This document shows, one piece after another, positions 20,300-28,968 of a DNA stretch of 35,458 bases; positions within the stretch are counted from its first letter, which is position 1, and every line of letters begins with the position of its first letter. Below the pieces are notes generated by a model. It saw only the letters and a list, made by a program, of their open reading frames with translations. It ran no database searches and was not told the origin of the DNA. Position numbers and translations under genes: made by a program. Origin of the DNA: Candidatus Gottesmanbacteria bacterium (GTDB lineage Bacteria > Patescibacteriota > Microgenomatia > 2-02-FULL-39-11); the NCBI GenBank assembly GCA_016218275.1, contig JACREK010000001.1, positions 1-35,458 of the forward strand, written 5' to 3'.

Positions 20300-22030
20300 T
20301 CAGTCCAAACCTTGATATACTCTCAAACTTCTCAGTTTATTCTCAATCACAGTAGTATCAAAAAATAATAAATGAAGCAATTCTTTGGTCATGGATACGG
20401 CGGCTTCAAATTCCGGCTGCACCACGCTGTCCACTCCCAGACTCTTTAATTTTTTTTGGTCTTCGTCAAAATGAGTCCGGCAGATTATCCTGATGTTGGG
20501 ATTAAGACTTAAAACATTCAGCACTACGGTTTCCTGGGTATGCCTGTCTGCGTATGCTAATATAACCGCCTTTGCCTGTTTTATTTTGGTAAATTCCAAG
20601 ACGTCTATTTCGGCAGGATCACCATAGATTACATTCACCCCCGAAAGTCGAAGAGATTTCACCAATTTATGATTATAATCAACTACTACATAGGGAATCT
20701 GGACAATGGAGAGAGCCCGGCAGATATATTTTCCTACTCGCCCGTGTCCCAAAACAACCACGTGATTGGAAAGGTCTATATCCGAAATCTGGGATGCGGG
20801 ATGAAATTTTGACAAAAAATTTGTCAGAAATCTGAATCTTTTCTTAAATATCTGATTTAATCTGTAATAAATCTTATCGCTGACTGTCAGAATCGGAACG
20901 GAAATGATAAGCGAGATGAATGAAACAGAGAGAATTGTCATATAAACTTTATCATCGATAAGACGGGAAGTTAAACCAAGCACGGCGATTATAAAAGCAA
21001 ATTCACCTACAGAAATCAGGGAAAAACCGGAAAGCACTGCGGTTTTGGGATGATAACCCAAAAGAAAAACCAAAGCTGCAGAAATAATAAATTTTAAAAG
21101 TACTACTACTACTACTAATCCCAAAATATTCATCCCTTGGGAAAATATAAAAAGCGGATTGAGTATAAATCCCAAAGAAACAAAAAATACGGATGAGAAA
21201 AGATCTCTTAAAGGTCTGACTTCGGCAAAAATACCGTGATGAGTCGAGGAAGACGAGAGAATGATTCCTGCCACAAAAGCGCCCAAAGGGAAAGACAATC
21301 CCAAAAATTGAAACAAATAAGCAAAAACTAGACAAAAAACTACAGCTGCCAAAAGGAGAAGTTCACGGCTCTTCAAATCGGCAATTTTCTCAAGGATAAA
21401 AGGCAGCGTTTTTTTTCCCAGAAAAATTACCAGCATAAAAGATGTAAAAGCAAAGAATATGCTTTTTGAAAAAAGAAATATGTTGCCTATCCCACTCCCT
21501 TCCCCTTTCAAAATAAGTCCCACGGTCGGCAAAATTATGATAAGCGGCAATGTATATAAATCCTGCATGAATAACCAACCGGAAGCAATCTCTCCGTGCA
21601 AAGTCTCAAGTTCTCCCTTATCCGATAAAGTCTTTAAGGCAACAGCCGTTGATGACAGGGAAAAGACGCAACCCAAAAACAGTGCCGTATAAAAATCAAT
21701 TCCCATAAGAGGGAAAATAATTATAAAAACGATTATTGTCAAAAGAACCTGAATTAAAGATCCGAATATGACCACCTCACCCAAATCTTTTAACTTAGTC
21801 AAAGAAAATTCCAGTCCCAAAGTAAAAAGGAGCAGAACTACTCCAATTTCGGCAATACTTCTTATGGTTTCGGCAATGGCAAAATAGTAAGATATGAAAT
21901 TACCAAAAATTACTCCGCCCAAAAGATAGCCCACCAAAATCGGCAATTTAAATCTTTTCGCAATCACTCCACCGACAAAGGCTGTCAGAAGTACAATAAC
22001 TAAATTACGAGCAAAAATAAAATCAGACAT
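20300..22030 (-). CDS. CPA2 cation:proton antiporter with TrkA-N (KTN) domain, Kef-type
   Basis: AEIGVVLLLFTLGLEFS, SLSSTAV, QDL, GEFAF, HVVVLGHGRVG, YGD; ATG 22030 preferred. Confidence 0.9.
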   Translation of the reverse strand: MSDFIFARNLVIVLLTAFVGGVIAKRFKLPILVGYLLGGVIFGNFISYYFAIAETIRSIAEIGVVLLLFTLGLEFSLTKLKDLGEVVIFGSLIQVLLTIIVFIIIFPLMGIDFYTALFLGCVFSLSSTAVALKTLSDKGELETLHGEIASGWLFMQDLYTLPLIIILPTVGLILKGEGSGIGNIFLFSKSIFFAFTSFMLVIFLGKKTLPFILEKIADLKSRELLLLAAVVFCLVFAYLFQFLGLSFPLGAFVAGIILSSSSTHHGIFAEVRPLRDLFSSVFFVSLGFILNPLFIFSQGMNILGLVVVVVLLKFIISAALVFLLGYHPKTAVLSGFSLISVGEFAFIIAVLGLTSRLIDDKVYMTILSVSFISLIISVPILTVSDKIYYRLNQIFKKRFRFLTNFLSKFHPASQISDIDLSNHVVVLGHGRVGKYICRALSIVQIPYVVVDYNHKLVKSLRLSGVNVIYGDPAEIDVLEFTKIKQAKAVILAYADRHTQETVVLNVLSLNPNIRIICRTHFDEDQKKLKSLGVDSVVQPEFEAAVSMTKELLHLLFFDTTVIENKLRSLRVYQGLD

Positions 22031-22037
22031 AAGAATC

Positions 22038-22138
22038 AATTATTCAATTATCCAATTATCAAATTATCCAATTCTCAAATAATCAAATATTACTTATTGG
22101 ATAATTTGTTGATTTGAGAATTTGTTGATTGGATAATT
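22038..22138. repeat. Octamer-periodic palindromic element, copy 2 (encodes the RluA C-terminal tail)
   Basis: Same 8-mer arms; translated as LSNQQILKSTNYPISNI*. Confidence 0.85.
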
Positions 22139-22940
22139 CATTTCTTTCTAACCCATCTAATACTTTTTTTAATTCCACTGGTAATTTACTCTTTACCTCA
22201 ATTTCTTTTTCAGATACCGGATGTTTAAACTTAAGATAACTTGCATGTAAAAATAGTCTCGGGCAAAAAATTTTATCCTCCCTGTATACTTTTCTGCCGG
22301 CATAAAACATATCCGAAACGATACTGTGCCCTAAGTATTTTAAGTGTACCCTTATTTGATGTGTCCGTCCAGTTGCGGGAGTTACCTCCAGAAGGGAAAA
22401 TGTGTCATTGCGATCCCGTGCAACGGGAGAAGCAATCTTTACAGATTCATATAGATCGCCACGCAACGCTTGCGATGACAAAGGGATAAACTTATAGTAA
22501 GCAATAACCTTATATTTTGTAGTTGCTTCTTTTCCTGCCGGCAGAATCCCAAATCTTTCCCTATTCCATGGTAATCGGCCTATATTTGCTCTTACTTCAC
22601 CCGCTGGGGGTTTGACATCTCCGTGCACCAAAGCGGTATATTTTTTGCTGATTTTTCTGTCTTTAAACTGGGTTTGAAGATTGAAAAAGGCTTGGGGGGT
22701 TTTGGCGATTATCAGAAGTCCGGATGTTTCCTTGTCGAGCCGATGAACAATTCCCGCTCTTTTATAAAAATCACTTTCTTCATCAATTTTTAATTTTTCA
22801 TTTTTAATTTTTAATTTTTCATCCGCCCAATCTTGAATTGTTTCACCAATTACAGATTCGGCCTTATTTACTACAACTTGGGCAGGCTTATTTATTACTA
22901 AAAGTGTTTCATCTTCAAAGACGATGGGGATATCCAGCAT
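22083..22940 (-). CDS. RluA/RluD-family pseudouridine synthase with in-frame repeat insertions
   Basis: LLVINKP, GIVHRLDKETSG (catalytic Asp), TGRTHQIRVH, RLFLHA. Confidence 0.93.
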   Translation of the reverse strand: MLDIPIVFEDETLLVINKPAQVVVNKAESVIGETIQDWADEKLKIKNEKLKIDEESDFYKRAGIVHRLDKETSGLLIIAKTPQAFFNLQTQFKDRKISKKYTALVHGDVKPPAGEVRANIGRLPWNRERFGILPAGKEATTKYKVIAYYKFIPLSSQALRGDLYESVKIASPVARDRNDTFSLLEVTPATGRTHQIRVHLKYLGHSIVSDMFYAGRKVYREDKIFCPRLFLHASYLKFKHPVSEKEIEVKSKLPVELKKVLDGLERNELSNQQILKSTNYPISNI

Positions 22941-23152
22941 AAATTATCTAATTATCCAATTCTCAAATAATCCAATAATCAAATATTTTTGATTGGAACC
23001 TATCTCAAAACCTCGAAAAACTATATTGTTCGAACGTAGTGAGAACTTCTCGCTGGAGTTTATCCCGAGCGAAGTCGAGGGACTCGAAGAATAGGTTTTG
23101 AGATGACTTCTGGATAATTTGTTGATTTGAGAATTTGTTGATTGGATAATTA
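22941..23152. repeat. Octamer-periodic palindromic element, copy 3, split by a MITE
   Basis: Left part 22941-22995 and right part 23111-23152 rejoin to the consensus ..TTTTGATTGGATAATTTG.. Confidence 0.85.
22996..23110. mobile_element. 115 bp MITE with 15/18 bp TIR and TG duplication
   Basis: TG|GAACCTATCTCAAAACCT ... AGGTTTTGAGATGACTTC|TG; internal GTTTATCCCGAGCGAAGTCGAGGGA (23058-23082). Confidence 0.82.
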
Positions 23153-23512
23153 TCTCTTCTCCCTCTTCCTTTCACAGGAAACGCAGTACAATGCGGTGGG
23201 TTTGACGGCAAGTCTGTCTGTATCAATCATATTTTTGCAGGACATACATTTGCCGTAAGTGCCTTTTTTTATCCTCTCCAAAGCGATCTTGATCTCCTCC
23301 ATATGCAGTCTCAACTCTCTTTCCAGAGCCTCCATTCTCTCATGAGAAATCTCTTCTTTAGCATCGGTGTCAGAAGCAGCATTATCATTTAACCTGTCCG
23401 GATCGGAAAACGGATCCTGTGATTTAAGCGAGGATATATTCACCGTTATCCTGTCTTTCTCTTTTGTCAGATGATCCGCAATCTTTTTCAATACATTTAA
23501 TGGAAATCTCAT
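23150..23512 (-). CDS. DksA/TraR-family C4 zinc finger protein
   Basis: Coiled coil with acidic tip (DNAASDTD), ALERIKKGTYGKCMSC..RL..P.ALYCVSC. Confidence 0.9.
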   Translation of the reverse strand: MRFPLNVLKKIADHLTKEKDRITVNISSLKSQDPFSDPDRLNDNAASDTDAKEEISHERMEALERELRLHMEEIKIALERIKKGTYGKCMSCKNMIDTDRLAVKPTALYCVSCERKREKR

Positions 23513-24267
23513 AGTTTTGCCTGTCTGATTATTTTAATTCGCCTCCATAAAGGAACCGCAACGGAAATCAAAATAATCAATGCGCCTAATTGTCTAAGGC
23601 TGAATATATATAAGTATATCGGGTAGACCTTTAAAAATTCAAGAAGGAAAATGATTATTGAGAGAATTGCGGCAAAAAAAAGACAGACTATCCCTTGGGG
23701 CCATTTCTTCCGTTTAACTTTTCCCCAAACCCATTGGAGAAAACAGAAAAGAAGAAAAATAAGTATTGCTTCATATAATTCCACCGGATGATAACGGCCT
23801 GTTTGGCCGATAATTCTTACCCCCAGTATAAAATTGGTTTCTTTTCCGAAACTTGCCCCTCCGAGTTGCTCCCCTATCTTTGCCAATCCCAATGCAAGAC
23901 TTGCCGAAAGAGCAAAAAGATCGGAAAGATGGTAAAAATCATATTTCTTCTTCCGGGCATACCAGTAAAGAAAAATAAACCCTCCCAAAAGTCCTCCTAT
24001 CAGAGATATTCCCGGAGTCTCCCGCACTACTATATATTTAAGAAAATTTGCCCCGAACTGGGGAAAATGGAGAAATATATATACAAATCTGGCCGAAATA
24101 AGAGCAACAATACTTGTGTATAAAAAAGTATCAATATATTCCTCTTCCTTCAGCTCTTCCCTTCCCTCTCTCCAAATCAAAAAAGTTGAAAAAAGAAAAG
24201 CGATACTTAAGAATATTCCGAATGAATAGACATTAAAAGGCCCGATGGTAAAAAGTATAGGTAACAT
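23509..24267 (-). CDS. lgt: Prolipoprotein diacylglyceryl transferase-like protein
   Basis: PILFTIGPFNVYSFG, ARFVY, GISLIGG, FGKET, HPVELYE; ATG 24267 preferred because the track's N-terminal extension is repeat-derived. Confidence 0.82.
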   Translation of the reverse strand: MLPILFTIGPFNVYSFGIFLSIAFLFSTFLIWREGREELKEEEYIDTFLYTSIVALISARFVYIFLHFPQFGANFLKYIVVRETPGISLIGGLLGGFIFLYWYARKKKYDFYHLSDLFALSASLALGLAKIGEQLGGASFGKETNFILGVRIIGQTGRYHPVELYEAILIFLLFCFLQWVWGKVKRKKWPQGIVCLFFAAILSIIIFLLEFLKVYPIYLYIFSLRQLGALIILISVAVPLWRRIKIIRQAKL

Positions 24268-24273
24268 AATATT

Positions 24274-24367
24274 AAATAAACCAATTATCCAATTCTCAAA
24301 TAATCCAATAATCAAATATTTTTAATTTGAGAATTTGTTGATTTGAGAATTTGTTGATTGGATAATT
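24274..24367. repeat. Octamer-periodic palindromic element, copy 4 (encodes the MFS C-terminal tail)
   Basis: Translated as LSNQQILKSTNSQIKNI*. Confidence 0.85.
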
Positions 24368-25601
24368 TAATAATATTATTTGCTCTTCGTCTTTGCAAGT
24401 AATGATATGCCCCTATTATCAACACTACAAAACCAATAATCGCTAGTGTCTTCCCTACTCCAATTACATCAGCCAAAAGTCCAGAAAACAAAACCGGTAA
24501 AAGAGAAACTCCTCCAGTAAGTGAAGTCAGTACTCCGTAAACTCTTCCGCGCATATCACTTTTTGAATCTTCCTGAAGGATTGTATTTGCCGGAACACTG
24601 ATGAAAGAGTTAGATACCCCGAGCAAAAAAAGCAAAATAATGACAGCCAGAAAGTTATTTCCCTGACTTAATCTTGTAGCCAGAGACAACAGCAACAGAA
24701 CTACAGCGGAAATACTGATGCCTGACAGTATAATTGACCCTTTCAGAAACTTAATGCCGAATCCCCCTATCCACACTGCACCGATAATTAAACCTACCGC
24801 GGCAGGCCCCATCACCAGATATGATGCTTCAGTCAGGGCAATTCTTAGAACTTTATCCGCAAATCCCGGAGCAAGTACAGCTAAGGTAGAGATAAGTGCC
24901 TGGGAAAAAGTCACCAGAATCAGGCTTTGGGTAATACGCTCGTTGGATTTTATAAAGAGCAGTCCATCCTCAACAGTCTTACCGATGAAATTTAAATTCA
25001 TATGAATATCCAGATTTCTTTTTTTTGGTTTAATCGGAGGCACTAAATAAACAAAATATGTCGCCAGAAGCATTATAAAAGTCATTATCAGATACACGTT
25101 GCGGAAGCCAAAAATATTAAGCATAGGTCCGGAAAGTATAAAACCGGTAATTGTGGAAAGATAAAAACTGACGGTAAAAAGAGAATTAGCGGTCAGAATA
25201 TCGGAAGGCTCAACCAGAATAGGGATAGACGGGGCTTCCGCCGGCACAAATAATTGGGTAACAATTGATATTATTATAATCAGCGCATAAATGGCCAGAA
25301 GATTTGATTGTAAGAAAAATAAAGCCAGAAAGATTAAGACCCGAAAGATATTACAGAAAATAAGCACCAGCCGTTTGTCGAAAAAATCAACCAATCCTCC
25401 CGCAAGAATTCCAAACATAATTGAGGGGATTCCGAATGCCAAAAGCATCAGCGAAACTGCGGTGTTGGAGTGCGTTTGTTGATAAACGCGAATCGCCAGA
25501 ACAAATATCAGCATGTTGAGTGCTATTTGAGAGCTAATTTGTCCCAGCCAAAGATTGCGAAACTTAGGATTTTTTACAACTGCAAGATAAGAACTAATCA
25601 T
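24312..25601 (-). CDS. MFS transporter (DHA3 / H+ antiporter-like)
   Basis: FRNLWLGQISSQ, motif A-like AGGLVDFFDKR, MRGRVYG, about 12 TM segments. Confidence 0.9.
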   Translation of the reverse strand: MISSYLAVVKNPKFRNLWLGQISSQIALNMLIFVLAIRVYQQTHSNTAVSLMLLAFGIPSIMFGILAGGLVDFFDKRLVLIFCNIFRVLIFLALFFLQSNLLAIYALIIIISIVTQLFVPAEAPSIPILVEPSDILTANSLFTVSFYLSTITGFILSGPMLNIFGFRNVYLIMTFIMLLATYFVYLVPPIKPKKRNLDIHMNLNFIGKTVEDGLLFIKSNERITQSLILVTFSQALISTLAVLAPGFADKVLRIALTEASYLVMGPAAVGLIIGAVWIGGFGIKFLKGSIILSGISISAVVLLLLSLATRLSQGNNFLAVIILLFLLGVSNSFISVPANTILQEDSKSDMRGRVYGVLTSLTGGVSLLPVLFSGLLADVIGVGKTLAIIGFVVLIIGAYHYLQRRRANNIIKLSNQQILKSTNSQIKNI

Positions 25602-25606
25602 CGATG

Positions 25607-25673
25607 GTGAATAAATCCCTCTCCGCCAGCTGGCGGATCGGGATGAAGCTGGGGCATAATTGCCCCATCTTCA
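25607..25673 (-). repeat. Hairpin plus solo REP between pepA and the MFS gene
   Basis: 35 bp core TTCATCCCGATCCGCCAGCTGGCGGAGAGGGATTT identical to the copy within 31936-31997. Confidence 0.8.
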
Positions 25674-27167
25674 TTTGTTTAATAAGTAGTGAAGCAATAA
25701 TCTGACGCCAAAACCAACTCCACCTTGCGGTGCCAAAGCCGTATCTTTTTCAGCATAAGCCGGGCCGGCTATATCCAAGTGCATCCACGGCGTACTACCG
25801 ACAAATTCTGACAGAAACAGCGCCCCGGTAATTGCTCCGCCATATTTACCGGTTTGTATATTTTTTATATCGGCAATATGACTTTTCAAAAGCTCTTTAT
25901 ATTCTTCCTCAAGCGGCATCCGCCAAATTTTCTCGCAGGTTTCTTTCGCGCTTCTCTCCAAATCCTGCATCATTTTTTCATCGTTTCCCCAAAGTCCGGC
26001 TATTTCCTGACCCAAAGCCACCATACATGCGCCAGTGAGAGTAGCAATATCAATAATTTCGTCCGGCTTTTCCTTCATATTGGCAAAAGATATTGCATCA
26101 GCCAAGGTCAACCTTCCTTCCGCATCTGTATTCAATACTTCAATTGTTTTTCCATTCATGGCAGAAAGTATATCGCCGGGCTTTAAAGCATTCCCTGCCG
26201 GCATATTCTCGCAGGCGGCAATCAGTCCTACCACTTCAACTTTTGGATGCAAAGAAGGAAGTGCCTGAAAAATGGACAGTACGCTGGCGGCACCGGACAT
26301 ATCAAGTTTCATCGTTTCCATAAATTCCGCCGTTTTTATGGATAAACCTCCGGTATCAAAAGTTATCCCTTTCCCTATCAGAACAATCTTTTTCTTAGGG
26401 AGAGCGGGGCGATAAGAAAGTCTGATGAATTTCGGCGGTTTGACGCTGCCTTTTGCCACTCCCAAAAATGATCCCATCCCAAGTTTTTCTATCTCCTCTT
26501 TTTCCCAGACTTTTACCTTGATGCTTCCTTTTGAAGCTTTTGCGATATCTAAAGCTGTTTCTGCAAGAAATGAAGGATGGGTCACTTCACCGGGTTCATT
26601 TATCAAATCGCGGGCAAAGGAAACGCTTGCGGAAATGATTTCACCTATCTGTAAACCTTCTTCGGCAGCGGAAAGTTTTCCCGCGGAAAGAAGCAAGTCA
26701 ACCTCTTCCACTATCCTTGTTTTTTTCTTTTCTTCCTCGCTTTTATATTTGAGAAATTGGTATAAAGAAGCAGATACCGCCTCAACAACTGCTTGTACTG
26801 TTTTTGGGGTAGAAAATTTCTTTAACCATTCCGAAGGCAGTACTATGGCGATTTTTGCCGGTTTTCCCTCTCTTGATTTTTTCACCGCGGAAGCAATTGC
26901 TGTATATAAGTGATACGAATCGAATTTTTCCCGCTTTCCCAAACCAACCAGCAGGAATTTATAAGCGGAAATGATGCCTCTGGTTGAAAGTAAAAGAAGC
27001 TGGTCACTTTTGCCTTCAAAATCTTCCCTTGCGGCTCCCTCTTTCACTTCTTCTGATAATTCCTTACTGATATCTGAAGTTTCAGATAAATCTTTTTCCC
27101 AACAAAAACTGATTAAGATATCAGCTTCTATTTTGGAAGGATCGGTGGGCTTTAATAAGAACTTCAT
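25671..27167 (-). CDS. pepA: Leucyl aminopeptidase (M17)
   Basis: GKGITFDTGG, MKLDMSGAA, NTDAEGRL, ATLTGA, HLDIAG. Confidence 0.96.
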   Translation of the reverse strand: MKFLLKPTDPSKIEADILISFCWEKDLSETSDISKELSEEVKEGAAREDFEGKSDQLLLLSTRGIISAYKFLLVGLGKREKFDSYHLYTAIASAVKKSREGKPAKIAIVLPSEWLKKFSTPKTVQAVVEAVSASLYQFLKYKSEEEKKKTRIVEEVDLLLSAGKLSAAEEGLQIGEIISASVSFARDLINEPGEVTHPSFLAETALDIAKASKGSIKVKVWEKEEIEKLGMGSFLGVAKGSVKPPKFIRLSYRPALPKKKIVLIGKGITFDTGGLSIKTAEFMETMKLDMSGAASVLSIFQALPSLHPKVEVVGLIAACENMPAGNALKPGDILSAMNGKTIEVLNTDAEGRLTLADAISFANMKEKPDEIIDIATLTGACMVALGQEIAGLWGNDEKMMQDLERSAKETCEKIWRMPLEEEYKELLKSHIADIKNIQTGKYGGAITGALFLSEFVGSTPWMHLDIAGPAYAEKDTALAPQGGVGFGVRLLLHYLLNK

Positions 27168-27259
27168 AATTAATCAACTAATTATCCAATCAACAAATTC
27201 TCAAATTAACAAATACAATATTATTGGATTATTGGTATTTATTGGATAATTGGATAATT
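27168..27259. repeat. Octamer-periodic palindromic element, copy 5 (opposite orientation, pepA 5' UTR)
   Basis: AATTATCC AATCAACA AATTCTCA ... TTGGATAA TTGGATAATT. Confidence 0.8.
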
Positions 27260-27266
27260 CTTTAGT

Positions 27267-27307
27267 TTGACTATTCAAGTTTAACAAAATATAATCGGAA
27301 CAGTCAA
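27267..27307. promoter_or_regulatory. Overlapping divergent sigma70 promoters (tRNA locus on +, pepA on -)
   Basis: + TTGACT(27267)-17-TATAAT(27290); - TTGACT(27307)-18-TAAACT(27283). Confidence 0.7.
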
Positions 27308-27368
27308 TTGGTAGAGTTTAGTAGAGTTTATTCTGAGAGTTTACTCTGAGCAGCTTAAGCTGCGAAGA

Positions 27369-27574
27369 GCCGCGGTGCTGGAACTGGCAGACCACAAAAT
27401 GGGCGGGTGCTGGAATTGGCAGACAGGTAAGTCTCAAAAACTTATGGCAGACAACTGCCGTGAGGGTTCAAGTCCCTCCCCGCCCACACGTGGCAGGCAG
27501 GCTAAAATGTGAGGGTTTACAGTGAAAAATCATCGCAATGATTTTTTACTGTTCAAATCTCTCCCGCGGCACCA
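27369..27574 (+). pseudogene. Split tRNA-Leu-like shell surrounding the intact tRNA
   Basis: 5' GCCGCGG-TG-CTGGAACTGGCAGA (27369-27391); 3' GAGGG[36 nt insert]TTCAAAT-CTCTC-CCGCGGC-A-CCA (27511-27574); perfect 7 bp acceptor stem but no canonical anticodon arm. Confidence 0.75.
27401..27486 (+). tRNA. tRNA-Leu(CAA)
   Basis: Acceptor GGGCGGG/CCCGCCC, A73, D arm CTG..CAG, anticodon arm TAAGT-CTCAAAA-ACTTA, long variable arm GGCAG..CTGCC, T arm GAGGG-TTCAAGT-CCCTC; CCA not encoded. Confidence 0.95.
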
Positions 27575-27622
27575 AAAGGGCTTGCACTGAAAATTTTCGA
27601 CAGAAAATTTGAAGTGTTCGAC

Positions 27623-28771
27623 TCACACCCTCGGCATCCTGTCTAACATAGTTAAATCTAAAGGCTTTTCTACTAATAATTGTATTCTTCCATCAGGAGG
27701 ATAAACTCTATTTAATTCTTTAACTCGCTTAATATTGTGTCCAGATAAATATCTAACTATTCCTTCCTGTCTTACTCCATCCAACCAGTCAAAAACTAGG
27801 GGAACTTCTCTATCTAACATTTCCAATTGTCCATCTTTTCCAGGAGTCGACTTTCGCCAATCGAATGAAATATCCATAACGCCTCCAACTTTTAGAGTAT
27901 AAAGCGCATTAATTAGTGCTATATGCGGATATCTCATATAGGTAAAAGCTGTGCGTGATAAAACAACATCAAAACTTCTCGAAAATTGCTGGGGTAATCT
28001 TTCGGCTAGTCCAAGCAAATGTCCACCTCTAAGAGGAAAAACACTTAGCTGTGGTTCACGAGTTAAATTCGTCACCGATGAATGACCCTCCATCTGTTCT
28101 AATTCGTTGGCTGCTAAACCATTACTGCCACCTATATCTAAAATAGCGATTTCGTCTGTGGGATTTTTCTTTTGGGCTTCCCGTGTAGTTTCTAATAATT
28201 TTTTTAAATCATCCTTATTCCTATAGTAGCTGTGTCCGAGTGGATCGATTAAATTCCTTGTTCCCCAAGGGCAAAGTGAATTTGTTTGGGCTAGACCGTC
28301 AACTTCAGTCACTACCCGTGCATCTAACCATATTTTTGGATCTGTTAATAAAATTGCTTTTGCTTGAGGAGATAAGAAAGGAAGATGATCTTTACGTTGC
28401 ACTCGACTGGCTAATTTTCCTGTTATAAATAGAGGGTACTCCCATTCCCTAAATGGCCTAGTGGAATCATAGCGAGAAGAATCAGTAACATAAACTACTT
28501 TTCTATCTCCAAGTGCTCTATACTTAACTCTTTCATTATAATCCTCGTATAGTTTTGTAATATCACTTCGCAAATTTTGTTCTTTGTCTACAGGAAGAGG
28601 AATAAGGGGCTCTGCGGTAAAATATGCCTCTACGATTTGTCCAATCTCTTCATTTTCAAGACTTCGAAACTTACCTGCAAAAATATTGTCGAAAAATATT
28701 TTTGTAACAGGATGAAAATGTTTTGGAATACGCGATGCTGTTGTATCAAGAGACTCGATTACTTTTGACAT
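27623..28771 (-). CDS. Class I SAM-dependent methyltransferase with a long uncharacterised N-terminal region
   Basis: Motif I ILDIGGSNG, AERLP, SFDVVLS, LKVGG in the C-terminal half. Confidence 0.75.
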   Translation of the reverse strand: MSKVIESLDTTASRIPKHFHPVTKIFFDNIFAGKFRSLENEEIGQIVEAYFTAEPLIPLPVDKEQNLRSDITKLYEDYNERVKYRALGDRKVVYVTDSSRYDSTRPFREWEYPLFITGKLASRVQRKDHLPFLSPQAKAILLTDPKIWLDARVVTEVDGLAQTNSLCPWGTRNLIDPLGHSYYRNKDDLKKLLETTREAQKKNPTDEIAILDIGGSNGLAANELEQMEGHSSVTNLTREPQLSVFPLRGGHLLGLAERLPQQFSRSFDVVLSRTAFTYMRYPHIALINALYTLKVGGVMDISFDWRKSTPGKDGQLEMLDREVPLVFDWLDGVRQEGIVRYLSGHNIKRVKELNRVYPPDGRIQLLVEKPLDLTMLDRMPRV

Positions 28772-28916
28772 TACTTGGTATTAATTGTACGCGATAGATA
28801 GTGTAAAATCAAAAAGGAAAAATTACCGGCAGTGCTGGAAAAGAATTACCCTTCCTTCTTCTCCACTCCGTAAATCTGATCCAGTTAGCTTCACTAAAAT
28901 GGCAACTATTTATTTC

Positions 28917-28968
28917 TTGACAATTATCTACATTTACGACAAAATACTCCTCGAGGGATAAAATGTCG
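28917..28968 (+). promoter_or_regulatory. Promoter with overlapping palindromic operator-like site
   Basis: TTGACA(28917)-17-CAAAAT; palindrome CGACAAAATACTCCTCGAGGGATAAAATGTCG covers the -10 and the ATG. Confidence 0.6.

Noticed and set aside
27369..27574. tmRNA or a tRNA with a group I intron
   Set aside because: No G3-U70 alanine identity, tag ORF or pseudoknots; the enclosed sequence is a full tRNA cloverleaf, too short for and lacking a group I core.
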